This document shows, piece by piece, positions 12,700 to 24,834 of a DNA stretch of 64,000 nucleotides. The position numbers and the translations under genes were made by a program. Source of the DNA: Anthoceros angustus. Lineage: Eukaryota; Plantae; Anthocerotophyta. The stretch covers positions 120,131-184,130 of the forward strand of contig MU008223.1 of the NCBI GenBank assembly GCA_010909165.1, read 5' to 3'. The notes under the pieces are model-generated. The model did not search any database. It was given only the letters and a program-made list of their open reading frames with translations, and was not told the DNA's origin. Position 1 is the first letter of the stretch; the number at the start of each line of letters is the position of its first letter.

Positions 12700-13966
12700 A
12701 ATTCTCCATTACCCTGCCTGGTGGGGTACGGACAGGCGTTGGAGTAGTGCCCAGGGTTGCCACAATTCCAACAGACCACCGCCACCCGAAGGATTCCCGG
12801 GGTGCCCCCCATGTGTTGCACGGTGGTCGAGGCATGGACGGACCCCGCCAAGGATACATCGTCTTTGGGTATCGCGCCCCGGGAGGAGCTTCTCGCACTT
12901 GGTAAGCTGCCTCCCATTGCTCCTCGGACTCTTCCTCGTGAGTCACTCCACTTGGTTCACTGTCCGAGGGGCGTTAGCTTCGAGTGCCCATGTTGGTGGC
13001 ACACCGCACACCATAAATGAGTCCTGACCGTGGTGGCTGCCTTCCGCCGCTCGCAATCTTTCACTTGATTGATCGTTAACTCCTCCACCCTCTTCATTAC
13101 CCGCTCCAAGTCCTCCCTCAACCCGCTACTTCCTTTAAGGGAGCTGGATCAGTTGGAGCCTTTCGCACCGGGGCAAGCATCACGACCTCCTTTTTCTCGC
13201 CTCTCCATTTCACCACGGCCTTCTTCTTTTTGTTTTTGCGACGGGGTTCTTCCTCCTCCGTAGAGACTTTGGACTCACTTAGATCTCCTCCTCCTCCTCC
13301 AAAGAACCCCTGCCTCCTCACCTTCCTCTTCCGATCTCCTCATCTCGACTCAACTCCTTCTTCTTCTTCTTCCCTCCTTGGGTCGTCTTCATTCTTCGTT
13401 GGTGCATCGACTCTTTGTAGATCTCGGCCGCCCAAACCGCCTTACTCACATCTTTCTCGGCTAGCAATAGCACATGCTTGGCCATAGGCTTGGGTAGGCC
13501 AGCCACGAACCATCGTACCGCCTGCATGGTGGTGTGGGTGCCGTCTCGAGGGCGAGAACCGCCGATGTACGAACCCGCCTGGCCTTACCCTCTTCCAATT
13601 CTGAGCTTGATGACGTAGCCTTCTGGTCGATTCCGAATCTCTCAGAAGGCATCCTTCGAAAGCTTCAAAGGTCGCAGGAGGGGTTCTGTGGTATACTTCT
13701 CCATATTGAGCCGCTCGGAAGAACCTCAAAACCGCTTGAATGAGCTGTGCGTCCGTGCCTTCTCCGTTGAAATTCGCCCGTGACACGAAATCTTCCACGA
13801 AGGTTTCCGCGTCCCTCTCCTTCTTACCCCCAAAGAGGGAGTATGCTTGCTTTGTTGATGTCGTAGCCATCGCTGCGACCAGCAGTGGTTGAGGGTTCAC
13901 CAGCCCACTTACTTCTGCCGCCGGACTTTGCACTCCGTCCTCCTCGTGGTCTGATAACTCTACCAC
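12700..13966 (-). pseudogene. Gypsy gag remnant with CCHC zinc knuckle
   Basis: FGGKKERDAETFVEDF (retrotransposon gag-like, ~13850-13790) and VVCWNCGNPGHYSNACP (~12780-12730). Confidence 0.8.
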
Positions 13967-14142
13967 GCTTCCACTTACTTGCCTGCTGGGACCTTCGCGT
14001 TGAGCCTGCCGCCTTTCTCGCTCCCGAGCTCGAGCGCTCTGGCGGTTACGACGTCCGGCTCACCCAGCGATTTGTTCTTAACTACCTCTCGTCCTCTACG
14101 CATTCACTCCCACCTTCGTACTATGCTACGGAACGGTCTCAT

Positions 14143-14160
14143 TCCCCGGCAACGGCGCAA
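14143..14160 (-). promoter_or_regulatory. Primer-binding site complementary to the 3' end of plant tRNA-Asp(GTC)
   Basis: The plus strand reads TCCCCGGCAACGGCGCAA, which matches the tRNA-Asp 3' end (..TCCCCGGCAACGGCG-CCA, one mismatch). It lies upstream of gag, as expected for Athila-lineage elements. Confidence 0.85.
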
Positions 14161-14429
14161 AAAATATGGCGCGACTTTTGCTGACGGCCAGCCGGGCGCG
14201 CCAGTCCCATGTTGTTGTAACAAGAGGTCCGTTCCCAAGAGAATGATAGGTTCCGTTTGGCACGTCTCAACCGTTTCTCACCTCACCGTCATGACCGTTT
14301 CGGACTCAAAGCGCACGCGCTCGCAGTTTTACTACTAACTACTCTTAACGTCCACCGAACAGGCCTGGCGTGGCCAAACGTTTAAGGACTCGTTTGCGTC
14401 CGTGTCTTGAATGTTTGGACTTGTAAGCA

Positions 14430-14845
14430 TGAGAGCTACCAAGAGAAGAGTGATATTGCACATGCAACAAAAGAAGAAAAGACATTTTAGCCCACAGAGA
14501 AGCTAATAAACCAATCACTCACAAGGCGCTAAGTGAATGGGCCAGCCATTGGCGAGTGAAGGTCTCAGTGGCAACCATCAAGCGAGTCATCAAGAAAAGA
14601 ACGATTATCCAAAGTGTCAAACAACACGACTTAGAACGCAGACGCTATGACCTTGTGCATCTCCTGAAGTTGAGAAAATGTTGTATGATTGGTTTGTGGC
14701 AGAGAAGGGAGGAGCCGCAAAAGATGGTCAAATATGTAAACAGGCGAAAATTTTCTATGAGCAAGTACCCAAAGAAGTGCGGAAGAAGGGCTCATATTTT
14801 CAAATGGTGGGCCTAGGATTCAAGGGTAGACATGGTATAGCATGA
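14430..14845 (+). pseudogene. pogo/Tigger (CENP-B-like) transposase DNA-binding region remnant
   Basis: KRRVILHMQQK...ITHKALSEWA...VSVATIKRVIK resembles the first HTH. PEVEKMLYDWFVAE...QICKQAKIFY...FSNG..FKGRHGI resembles the Tc5-type HTH. No DDE domain follows. Confidence 0.7.
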
Positions 14846-16869
14846 CATGTAAAGCGCAGAAACCTGGACTTAACCCCGTAGCTTAAGTTCAAAGAGCTCA
14901 AATTGAGACTTCTTAGATACATATAGAAGACTATATCTTTTGTTCTCATGAGATTCTTTAAAATTGTTTTGGGCGCTTTGTTCCCATCATAATTTTGCAT
15001 ATGGTATAATTTTTCTTTATTTTAAAATTGGAAAAAAACAAAGCAACCCTACTATGTCAGATCTATTTCGATACTAGCCTAGACAATTCAAATGATCCTT
15101 TGTTTTTTTGGGCGGCTTGAGTCCGATTAGCATGCACCAAGCTAAGGCTCGCCAACAAACTACCTCCGCCTGTCCCCACGATCATATCATGCCTGTGCTT
15201 GGCCAATTTCAGTGGTCGCATAGATTGCCTAGTCATATGCATGACTAGGCCAAGTCTAGCTTGCAATTGGTCCAATCTTAGTCAATCGAGCCACCATAAT
15301 TGATGATTTTATGCCCGATGGGTACTAAGCGGAGCTAAAGCGTAAAAAGAAAAAAGCCAAAATTTCAAGGTGTTTAAAATTGATATACCGATATAGTATT
15401 ATGGTGTTATTTCAGCACCATATGAGACGCCCTTGAGCGAGAGCAAAAGCGAGGGGAGGAGGGGAGGAGAGCTCAACATGCATAACGAGGGGAGGCTAGG
15501 GAAAGGTGAAGAAGGATGGAGCTCCTCCTACCCTTGTAGGATTGAGCTAGGGCAAACGCCGCGCACAGATGCACCACAACACATTGAGGACAACATTTGA
15601 CCTCCAACATCGCGGCCACAAGTCCTCGCACTAACTGGTCACCCTTGTCACATTCGCTTGCGAGTCAAGCTTATGACTAGAACAATGGCAAGGACATCCG
15701 GACCGCCAGAGCACCTTTTCCGGTCGGTGGGAGGAAAACTGGGCTTGAGATTCACCCTCTAATGGCCACACTTATCCAGCCGCTAGCACGTTGGGCTTCG
15801 TCCATGAGACTTGTGTGGATAGCCGATTCTAAGAGATCAATCTGCCTACACCCATTCATAACCTCAGCCCCTCAACAAGCAAGGCACCCTCTAATTCTCC
15901 CTCTGGCGGCTACACCACTTGCACTGCTCCAAAAATTCAGCGACTCCCAACCTACAACAACACAACACAATCAGAGCCATGCCTAAGCGGAAAGGAGTCC
16001 AGCATCCAGGGAGGACCCCCGACCCACGCCGATTTTTGTCCCCACCTCTAAGACTAACTCCTCCAACAATTTGAGCACCTTCTTGTTACAGATTTGGGAT
16101 TCGTCCCTTAGTCTCTCCTTGTGGCCTTCCATTATTACCTAAACTCTAATCCTCTACTCATTATCCTCCTCAATGCTCAACTCGACTCATCATCCTTGTG
16201 GACTACCACTTCCCTTGGGGTTAAGAAATAAGTAGGGTTTGTTTTTGTAGGAGGCGAGGATAAAATAAGGCGGAAAAGGAGGAATAAGCACATCCTGATC
16301 GCACTCGAGTATACCCAGATCGCGGAGTGGCAACGCACCGGACCTACTATGACAGCGCCGACTACGTGCACGGATAAGTCCGGACTCACTAGTCCAAGAT
16401 AAAATACGCCGGAAGTAACTTAGAAGTGAGCCGTGAGACGGACTAGGCGGCGCCACGTGGACGGCCCCGAGTGGAGGCTCGGGCATGCACCGCCAGAGTA
16501 GCCGCCAGGCCGTTATAAGGCAGTATTCACGCCGCGATCGCGCGCGGCGTAAGGCCGTAGTACGCGGCGCGTAAGGCGAAGCGGAGGCGTAAGGTCGGCT
16601 GCCATGCGCATCTCAGCATGAGTGGAAGAGGCGCCTTCCGCCGGGTTACTCGGCGCGGGCGGGAAGGTCATTGCCGCGACCTAGACAATTCCAGCCTCTG
16701 CGCCGCAACCCTCTCGGCGCTATCTCTTTGAGCGCCAAGACCTTCGACCGTAGTTCACCGCGGGTTGGAGAAGCGAACGCTGCGGAGGGCGATCGTGCCG
16801 TGAACTGGCCGCCAGCCTAGCCGACAAGGGAGACGGGCGATGGCACCCAAAACTGGAAGTTTGGGAGCC

Positions 16870-17223
16870 ATGGAACCTCGTGGAGCGCAACATTGTGACC
16901 CGGCGCTATCCTGACTTTGGGCCCTGGCTCGAGGAAGCGGGAGAATTGGTGCACGAGTGGCACCGATGCGTGACGGCCCGACGCTCGGCTGGCCACACTG
17001 GTCCGGGAGTTCGCCAGGAAGATGCTTGGCGGTCAACAAGGAGGTGCGGTCCAAGAACCTCCGGGAGGACCAGGCGGACCTTGAGGTCCCGAGGCGGCTG
17101 ACAACCGCCCAAAGGAGGAAGAAGGGGAGTGGTGCGGGCCTCAAGGCGATAGGGCCGAACAAGGGCGGCGATGCGAGGCTGGACGCAGGACCACCAACTA
17201 CCGATATCCGACCGATAGAGTAA
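16870..17223 (+). pseudogene. Truncated copy of the recurrent accessory ORF, cut by the left edge of the tandem array
   Basis: WLEEAGELVHEWH...LVREFARKM.AVNKEVRSKNLRED has nucleotide and protein similarity to 43325-43650. Confidence 0.7.
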
Positions 17224-17251
17224 TGTAGCGGATCATTGTCCATTGGAACCT

Positions 17252-20200
17252 CATAAAAATGCACCATTAGACTCTTGATAACTATGGAGTGAATAGAATA
17301 TGAATATGCCTTTTTCCAATGGCTATCACCTTTTATTGGTAGAAGGACATAGTGCCTTACCCACTTGGGCATATTAACACCTCATATGGGCCATGTGTAC
17401 ATTTATGACCTCGGACCTTGTTTCACTTTTATATATACTACTAGGCTATAAATGAGGATCGACCTATGTGCATGTTTGTTAAAGATGGGTTGATTCCTTG
17501 TGGGTTATCATTGGTAGGAATGGCTGCCCAATAGGATTATATAACTTGTGAGCGGGTTGGATAGAATTTGCTACCCAATGAAATCCCTTCCTCCAAACTT
17601 TGGTTGGGGTTCCTCCCTTCCTCTCCTATGCTTAGCCTCTACCTTTGATGATTGTCATTCCTCTATTGCTCCCCGCCTCTATTTGCGTGATCACCTTACT
17701 TAGTACCTTGGTCTCTTTGTCGTTGCCTCCAGCCATGGCTACCAAGGTTGAACCTTTTCTCCTCTCTTTTACTTCACTATGCAACCTTAGAATTAGTGGA
17801 TGTGCAATGGATCCCGTCTCACCAAGGATCCAAATGATCCCTTTTGGTGGTGAAGAAGGAAGGGGAGGGTGTTGACCAACACCATCTCTGTGCATCCAAG
17901 AAGCTAGACCTTGATTTGGTCATCCGGTCTAGTCTTCTAAACCTCAAGTTTTGTTTTTCGGTATGATCTAGAAGCGGTGGATAGATGACTCAATGATGCT
18001 AGGGTTTGTGTCTTACGGATTCAAAATACCGGTTTGATCAACACAAGATACTGCGTTAGTGACGGCTATGAATGTAGTCGTGCTGCAATTTTTATCCGGA
18101 TGCCTCGTATTGGATGCATGTCTTGGAATCGTCATCCTTTGGGATCGACTCAAGGTCTGCTTAGGTGAAGCATCATCGCATCTTGCGTAGCTTTGATCGC
18201 ACAATCGTGAGACTGGTCGATGTTTGATACATGTAGCAAGGAATGACGGTGGCCGGGAGGACAACGACGCAGGTTGAATGACAAAATAGGTGGTATCTTG
18301 TTGTTTGGCTTCAATCGGACGATCCGAGCACAAGATTGCATGTGAATGGCTTCACGAAGATAGCATGCGATAGATATTGTGCTACACGGATGCTCGCAAG
18401 CTTTCGCATCGGGATGTCGATCTAGTTTTGCATATCGCGTTGCTACCAGTTGGATGTACTGCTGATGTAAGATTGCACCTTTGGAATATTGGGAGTCGGG
18501 GACAAGGGCCTCTTTGGACGCGCTTTTTGATCAGACGGGTTGGACGACTGCTGGTTTTGCCGCCTCGCCGCCATCGCTCATGGATTGCTTGCTAGGAATG
18601 ATTATCTCGGTTGAGGGTTCCACTTTGTGGCTGCCGTGCTTGGAGCCATACAAAGTGGCGCGTGCGGTGTGGTGCCGCAACTGGTTTTGCTTCCACGATG
18701 GGCTGCTTTGTCTTCTTTGGAAATTGATGTAAATGCGGTGCCACGGCCGCCTACCTGGTGGGTCTTTGGATATGCGGTGGATCGGAGGTTGTCGTCGATC
18801 TAAAGCGTGAGCAGGATGACCATGCTACCGAATTTGCTTGGTGACACCCGTCACGGAGAGGTGTGTCGGCGCCTCGGTGAGGATCGACTATGGGCAAGGA
18901 AAAAAAGGGGCTGGGTACAAATTTGAGTTGGCCTCTTTTGGACGCGATTTTGGCCGGACGGGTTGGAGGATTGCTGGTTTTACGCTCCCCGCCGCCATCG
19001 CTCATGGATTGCTTGGGGAATGATGACCATATGGTTTGATGGTTATTGTGGCATGCTGCTTGGAGCCATACAGTGGCGCCCGCAAGCGGTGAGACGACCG
19101 ATGGTTTTGCTACCACGGTGGATGTTCCTGAGTGGAATTGGTGTCGGGTGATTAGCACGATGTCTTTTGTCTGGATGCCGGATGGGCGGGATGGGTGGAT
19201 CGACGAGGTTGTCGATCTAAAACTTGACCGGATATTGGCCCGCCAATTTTTGTCACAACTATTGGATCTGATGCGCGGGTGCCGACCCGCACGTGGGCTT
19301 GTGATGGCCGCGATGGGCGTGGAGAGAAAGCGATGTCGGCAATAAACGACGCCGCTTAAGCTGGGCGAATGCATGAGGATGTGTAGTGATTGAGATTGCA
19401 ACTTGATGAGAAAATGATGTAGTCACGTAAGGAAGTGTGTGATGACCGGTGAGCGACTTGGAGAGAAAAAGATGCTACTAGTAGGTGCATGCCTATTGGT
19501 GACAATGATACTGTGTGATGATGGAGACGATGTCGACAATGGACGCACGCGTTTGTTTCCGAAGGATGTGTATGAAATTAAGACGGTGAGACTAGTGAGC
19601 TGAAAAAGCGATGCTCATCAAGTGGATGCATGCTTGCTTGCAAGCATGTGTAGGTGTAATGGTTGAGACTCATGCCCGGAGAAAAAAACGATGTAGGGAT
19701 GCATGTACACGCAAGGATGCATGTGGTGATGATTGCTCGATGAACGGCCTAGAGAAAATAATGCAAGCAATGATGCACACATGCGCTGGCAAGGATGCAT
19801 GGGGTTTGTGATATTGAGGCGGTCATTTGGAGAGAAAACGAGACATAGATGCACACTACTCCCTTGCTACAAGGATGCTTGCGGTAAGGTTTTGATAACT
19901 TACGGTGACATACCAACCATGGACCACAAATGGTGATGGTTCTGTTTACTTTGACAACCACGACGAAATTAATGGTGACATGCATGATTTTCTCTCTCAG
20001 AGCGGTGATGTTCCTATTTGCCTGATCCCGGGTTGCTAGCATGCTGAAAAATGGAAGAGTGCTTATAGACATCTTGGTTCACTGCGATTCGATGTAAGGT
20101 CTAACTACTTACCAATGGGCCGACGGAAATTGCGTAACATTGCATGCCTTTACACAATCATCCGTACGCTACAAATGTGATATACTCATACCAATGGAAT

Positions 20201-20349
20201 GTGGATCTCTCACACATGGGGTTGATTTAATTAGGAGACCTATGTAACTTGAAAAATCCTTCCTGGATTGGATTTTAAAATATATCTCTAAGCATTTTGC
20301 TTGAAATGACTGCTAGTCGCGTTTGATTTATGCGATGTAGTCTAGGAAA
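17252..20349 (+). repeat. Array unit 1 (alpha subtype), left-truncated by ~400 bp
   Basis: It begins inside the unit and lacks the CATCTATCCAAG...AT-rich start. It ends ...GTAGTCTAGGAAA. Confidence 0.9.
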
Positions 20350-20391
20350 TCTATCTCATTCATCTATCTATCTATCTATCTACATTCATCA

Positions 20392-20422
<31 letters not shown>

Positions 20423-20424
20423 TC

Positions 20425-20523
<99 letters not shown>

Positions 20524-20561
20524 ATCTATCTATCTATCTATCTATCATCTATCTATCATTC

Positions 20562-20592
<31 letters not shown>

Positions 20593-20658
20593 ATTCATCT
20601 ATCTATCATCTATCTATCTATATCTATCTATCTATCTATCTATCTATTCATCTCATTC

Positions 20659-20720
<62 letters not shown>

Positions 20721-20802
20721 TCATTCTATCTATCTATCATTCATCTATCTATCTATTCATCTATCTATCTATCTATCTATCTATCTATTCATCTATCCAT
20801 TC

Positions 20803-20833
<31 letters not shown>

Positions 20834-20861
20834 ATCTATCTATCTATCTATCTATCTATTC

Positions 20862-20920
<59 letters not shown>

Positions 20921-20990
20921 ATCTATCATCTATCTATCATCTATCTATCTATTCATCTATCTATCTATCTATCTATTCATTCATCTATTC

Positions 20991-21036
<46 letters not shown>

Positions 21037-21086
21037 TCATCTATCTATCTATCTATCTATCTATCTATATCATTCATCTATCTATC

Positions 21087-21128
<42 letters not shown>

Positions 21129-21245
21129 TCTATCTATCCATTCATCTATCTATCTATCTATCTATTCATCTATCTATCTATATCTATCTATTCATCTATC
21201 TATCTATCTATCTTCATCTCTATCTATCTATCTATCTATCTATTC

Positions 21246-21277
<32 letters not shown>

Positions 21278-21289
21278 CTATCTATCTTC

Positions 21290-21326
<37 letters not shown>

Positions 21327-21381
21327 CATTCTATCTATCTATCTATCATTCATCTATCTATCTATCTATCTATCTATCTTC

Positions 21382-21448
<67 letters not shown>
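20350..21448 (+). repeat. ~1.1 kb (TCTA)n microsatellite with interspersed TCAT variants at the unit1/unit2 junction
   Basis: Direct inspection. The 398-aa LSIY ORF is a by-product of the repeat. Confidence 0.97.
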
Positions 21449-24400
21449 CATCTATCCAAGAGAGAGTTATGTTCCTATGAGATCCATGAATTTGCCCTTT
21501 GTGTGCCCATAGATTGGTGCTTCTAAATGATGTTTATCCATCCCAAACATCCCATCGATGAACTAGTAAATCTATTCCTTCAATGTTTACGTAATACTAA
21601 TTTGTGAAGGAATTTTTATTGATTTTATTTATTATTTACCCTTTATTATTTTCTTACTAATATGGTTGTTTTCCTTGATTTTTGAGATAAATATTAATTC
21701 AAGGCTGTCTAATATTTATGCAATTTTTATTTGTCTTTTTTGGATAATAAACTTGGAAGCGTGATGTTTGCATTCTTTATGAGTATCTTTCATCTGTTTT
21801 GTTTTTTAGCCTTAGAGAGGTGTCTAACCCATAAAAATGCACCATTAGACTCTTGATAACTATGGAGTGAATAGAATATGAATATGCTTGCCTTTTCCAA
21901 TGGCTATCACCTTTTATTGGTAGAAGGACATAGTGCCTTACCCACTTGGGCATATTAACACCTCATATGGGCCATGTGTACATTTATGACCTCGGACCTT
22001 GTTTCACTTTTTATATACTACTAGGCTATAAATGAGGGATCGACCTATGTGCATGTTTGTTAAAGATGGGTTGATTCCTTGTGGGTTATCATTGGTAGGA
22101 ATGGCTGCCCAATAGGATTATATAACTTGTGAGCGGTTGGATAGAATTTGCTACCCAATGAAATCCCTTCCTCCAAACTTTGGTTGGGGTTCCTCCTTCC
22201 TCTCCTATGCTTAGCCTCTACCTTTGATGATTGTCATTCTCTCTATTGCTCCCCGCCTATTTGCGTGATCACCTTACTTAGTACCTTGGTCTCTTTGTCG
22301 CGTTGCCTCCCCAAGCTAGCCATGGCTACCAAGGTTGAACCTTTTCTCCTCTACTTCACTATGCAACCTTAGAATTAGTGGATGTGCAATGGATCCCGTC
22401 TCACCAAGGATCCAAACGGGCCGATGATCCCTTTTGGTGGTGAAGAAGGAAGGGGAGGGGTGTTGACCAACACCATCTTTGTTCATCCAAGAAGCTAGAC
22501 CTTGATTTGGTCATCCATGGTCTAGTCTTCTAAACTTCAAAGTTTTGTTTTCTCGATGATCTAGAAGCTTGGATAGATGACTCAATGATTGCTAGGGTTT
22601 ATGTCTTACGGATTCCAAAATACGGTTTGATCAACACAAGATACTTCGTGATCCGTGACGTGGCTATGAATGTGTCGTGCGCTACATTTTGTCTGGATGC
22701 CTCGTATTGGATGCATGTCTGGAATTGTCATCCTTGGGATACGACTCAAGGTCCCGCTTAGGTTGAATGATAGGTGGTAACGATCGCTTCATTTGGCGAC
22801 GGGCAAGATTACATATGAATGGTTTATAGGGATGTTTGACACAGATAAACATTATGCTACGGATGATCGCTTATGCTTGCGGGACAACGCCAACCTAGTT
22901 TTGCGTACCGCTACCACGGTGGATGTACGCTCGACCGCAGGATCACACTAGAAAACGGAACCCGCAGCAAGGGCCTCTGCCGACGCTTTTTGATCGGACG
23001 GGTTGGGCGATTGATGGTTTGCTGCTCGATGCCATCATGGTTTGCTTGCTGGAAACGGCGACCATCCGGTTTGAGGGTTCTCTTGCCGCCAATGCATGGA
23101 GCCATACAAATGGCGAAGCGTGCCGAGCACTGGGTTTTACTACCACCGTGGCTGCTTGCGCTGATTGCTGGAAATTGAGTGTGATGCGAGCCATTTGCTA
23201 CCGCGGTGGGTGCTAGATTGCCTGAGGAGATCGAGGTCGGTGCGTGGAAGCAAGGAATGACGGGCGGTGAGGAGAACGACGTGGACAAGCGCAGTTGAAT
23301 CAAACGGATGGTCTGTCGTTTGGAATCACTTGACGGTCACACAAGATTGCTGAGAATGGCGATAGGGATGCATGTGTGTGACGACGATGGGCATAGTGTC
23401 GCTAGATGATTGCTTGAGCTTGCGGCCGACGCCGACAGTTTAGCATAACGCTCACCACGGTTGGATGTGCTGCTGACTCATGAGGATCACATGGAAAATT
23501 GGGAGTCCGTCAAGGCAAGGGCCTTTTTGGACGCTTCCGACCGGACGGGTTGGAGGATTACTAGTTTTTCTGCCCTCGCCATCACTCATGGATTGCTTGT
23601 TGGGAATGATGACCATGCTGGCGGTTTCTGTGGCTCGCCTTGCTTGGAACCATGCAAATGACGCCGAAGCGGTGAGACGCCCGATGGTTTTGCTACCATG
23701 GATGCCATCAGAAATTGGTGTCGGTGGTGATAGAGCGTTGCAACGGATGATGGATGCTGGATATGCATTTGATAGATCCGGGTTGTCGATCTAAAACTTG
23801 ACCGGATGGCCATCGCCGCTTTTTTGTCACAACCGCTGGGATCCGGTGATGTGCGGTCTTGTGCATCACTCAACATGCTTGATGACGATTCACTGAGTAG
23901 AGTTTGCTTGATGAACCATCTCACGGGGTGTGACGCCCGTATCAAGGATCGACTTTGGAGCAACCAATAAAGAGGTCTGAGGGGTGATAATATGCGATGC
24001 TGGTTCGGATTGATGAGACGCTTTGCTCAGCGATGCATGATGGTCTGTAATGACCATGGGTGAAAATGATACAAGTAGGACGATCCGTTGCAAGGAAGTG
24101 TGTGATGCTTAGACTGAGACTTGAGAGAAACGATGAAAGTGTAGTTTAGTTGCAATGATACATATGGGTGTATGTGGAGACTAAGATGCGCAACGGACGT
24201 GCCGGTGGTTGTTTGATGATGTGAGTGGCGGATGAGCCTAAAAACAATGCAAGCAATGATGCACACTTTGCCCGCTATGCCGCAAGGCATGTGGGTTTTG
24301 AATGCGCTTATCGGATGAGTGGGCGATTTGCTTTTGCCGCCCCTCATCGCTCATGGATTGCTGGGAATGCATTCGCTTGAGGGTTCTACCAAGGCATGCC

Positions 24401-24824
24401 AAATGTGACAAGTGGCACCGCTTTTGCCGCAGACACGCTGACTAATGGTATTTTTTTTCTTGATTGCTGAAAAATGTGATGTTATATGCATGTACACGAG
24501 CTATGCTATGCTGCTGATGGAAAGAGTGCTTATAAGACCGGTTCACTTTGGTTGATTCATATTCTAACTACTTACCAACCGGGCCGACGGGAAATTGCCA
24601 TTGCATGCCTTTACACAATCATCCGTGTGCACGCTACAAATGTGATATTTTCATACCAAGGAGGGCATATTGGATCTCTCACACATGGGGTTTATGGAAT
24701 TAGGAGACCTATGGTCCGGAAAATCCTTCCATGGGATTCGGATTTTAAAATATATCTCTAAACATCACTTTGCTTGAAATGACTACCATGTCGCACTTGC
24801 ATTTATGCGATGTAGTCTAGGAAA
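21449..24824 (+). repeat. Array unit 2 (beta subtype)
   Basis: Shares GCTTAGGTTGAATGA...CAAGATTACATATGAATGGTTTATAGG and beta-type 3' variants with unit 5. Confidence 0.88.
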
Positions 24825-24834
24825 TCTATCTATC

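Larger units (their letters stand above)
9560..14160 (-). mobile_element. Athila-type Ty3/gypsy LTR retrotransposon, internally deleted: PBS-gag-PR-RT-[no RH/IN]-accessory ORF
   Basis: A tRNA-Asp PBS, gag, CCHC, protease and RT motifs lie in order on the minus strand. RT stops at 10339 and is followed directly by the accessory ORF. No LTR pair was found. Confidence 0.85.

Noticed and set aside
14120-14165. Possible tRNA-Asp gene
   Set aside because: Only the last ~15 nt match and there is no cloverleaf upstream. It is the retrotransposon PBS.
15450-16490. Possible LINE ORF1/endonuclease remnant on the minus strand
   Set aside because: There were only vague resemblances and no diagnostic motif (no GDFN, SDH or LQET) could be read; left unannotated.
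20336-20349. Helitron 3' end (CTAG) at the array unit ends
   Set aside because: CTAG is followed by GAAA rather than T, there is no clear subterminal hairpin, and no Rep/helicase motifs were seen.
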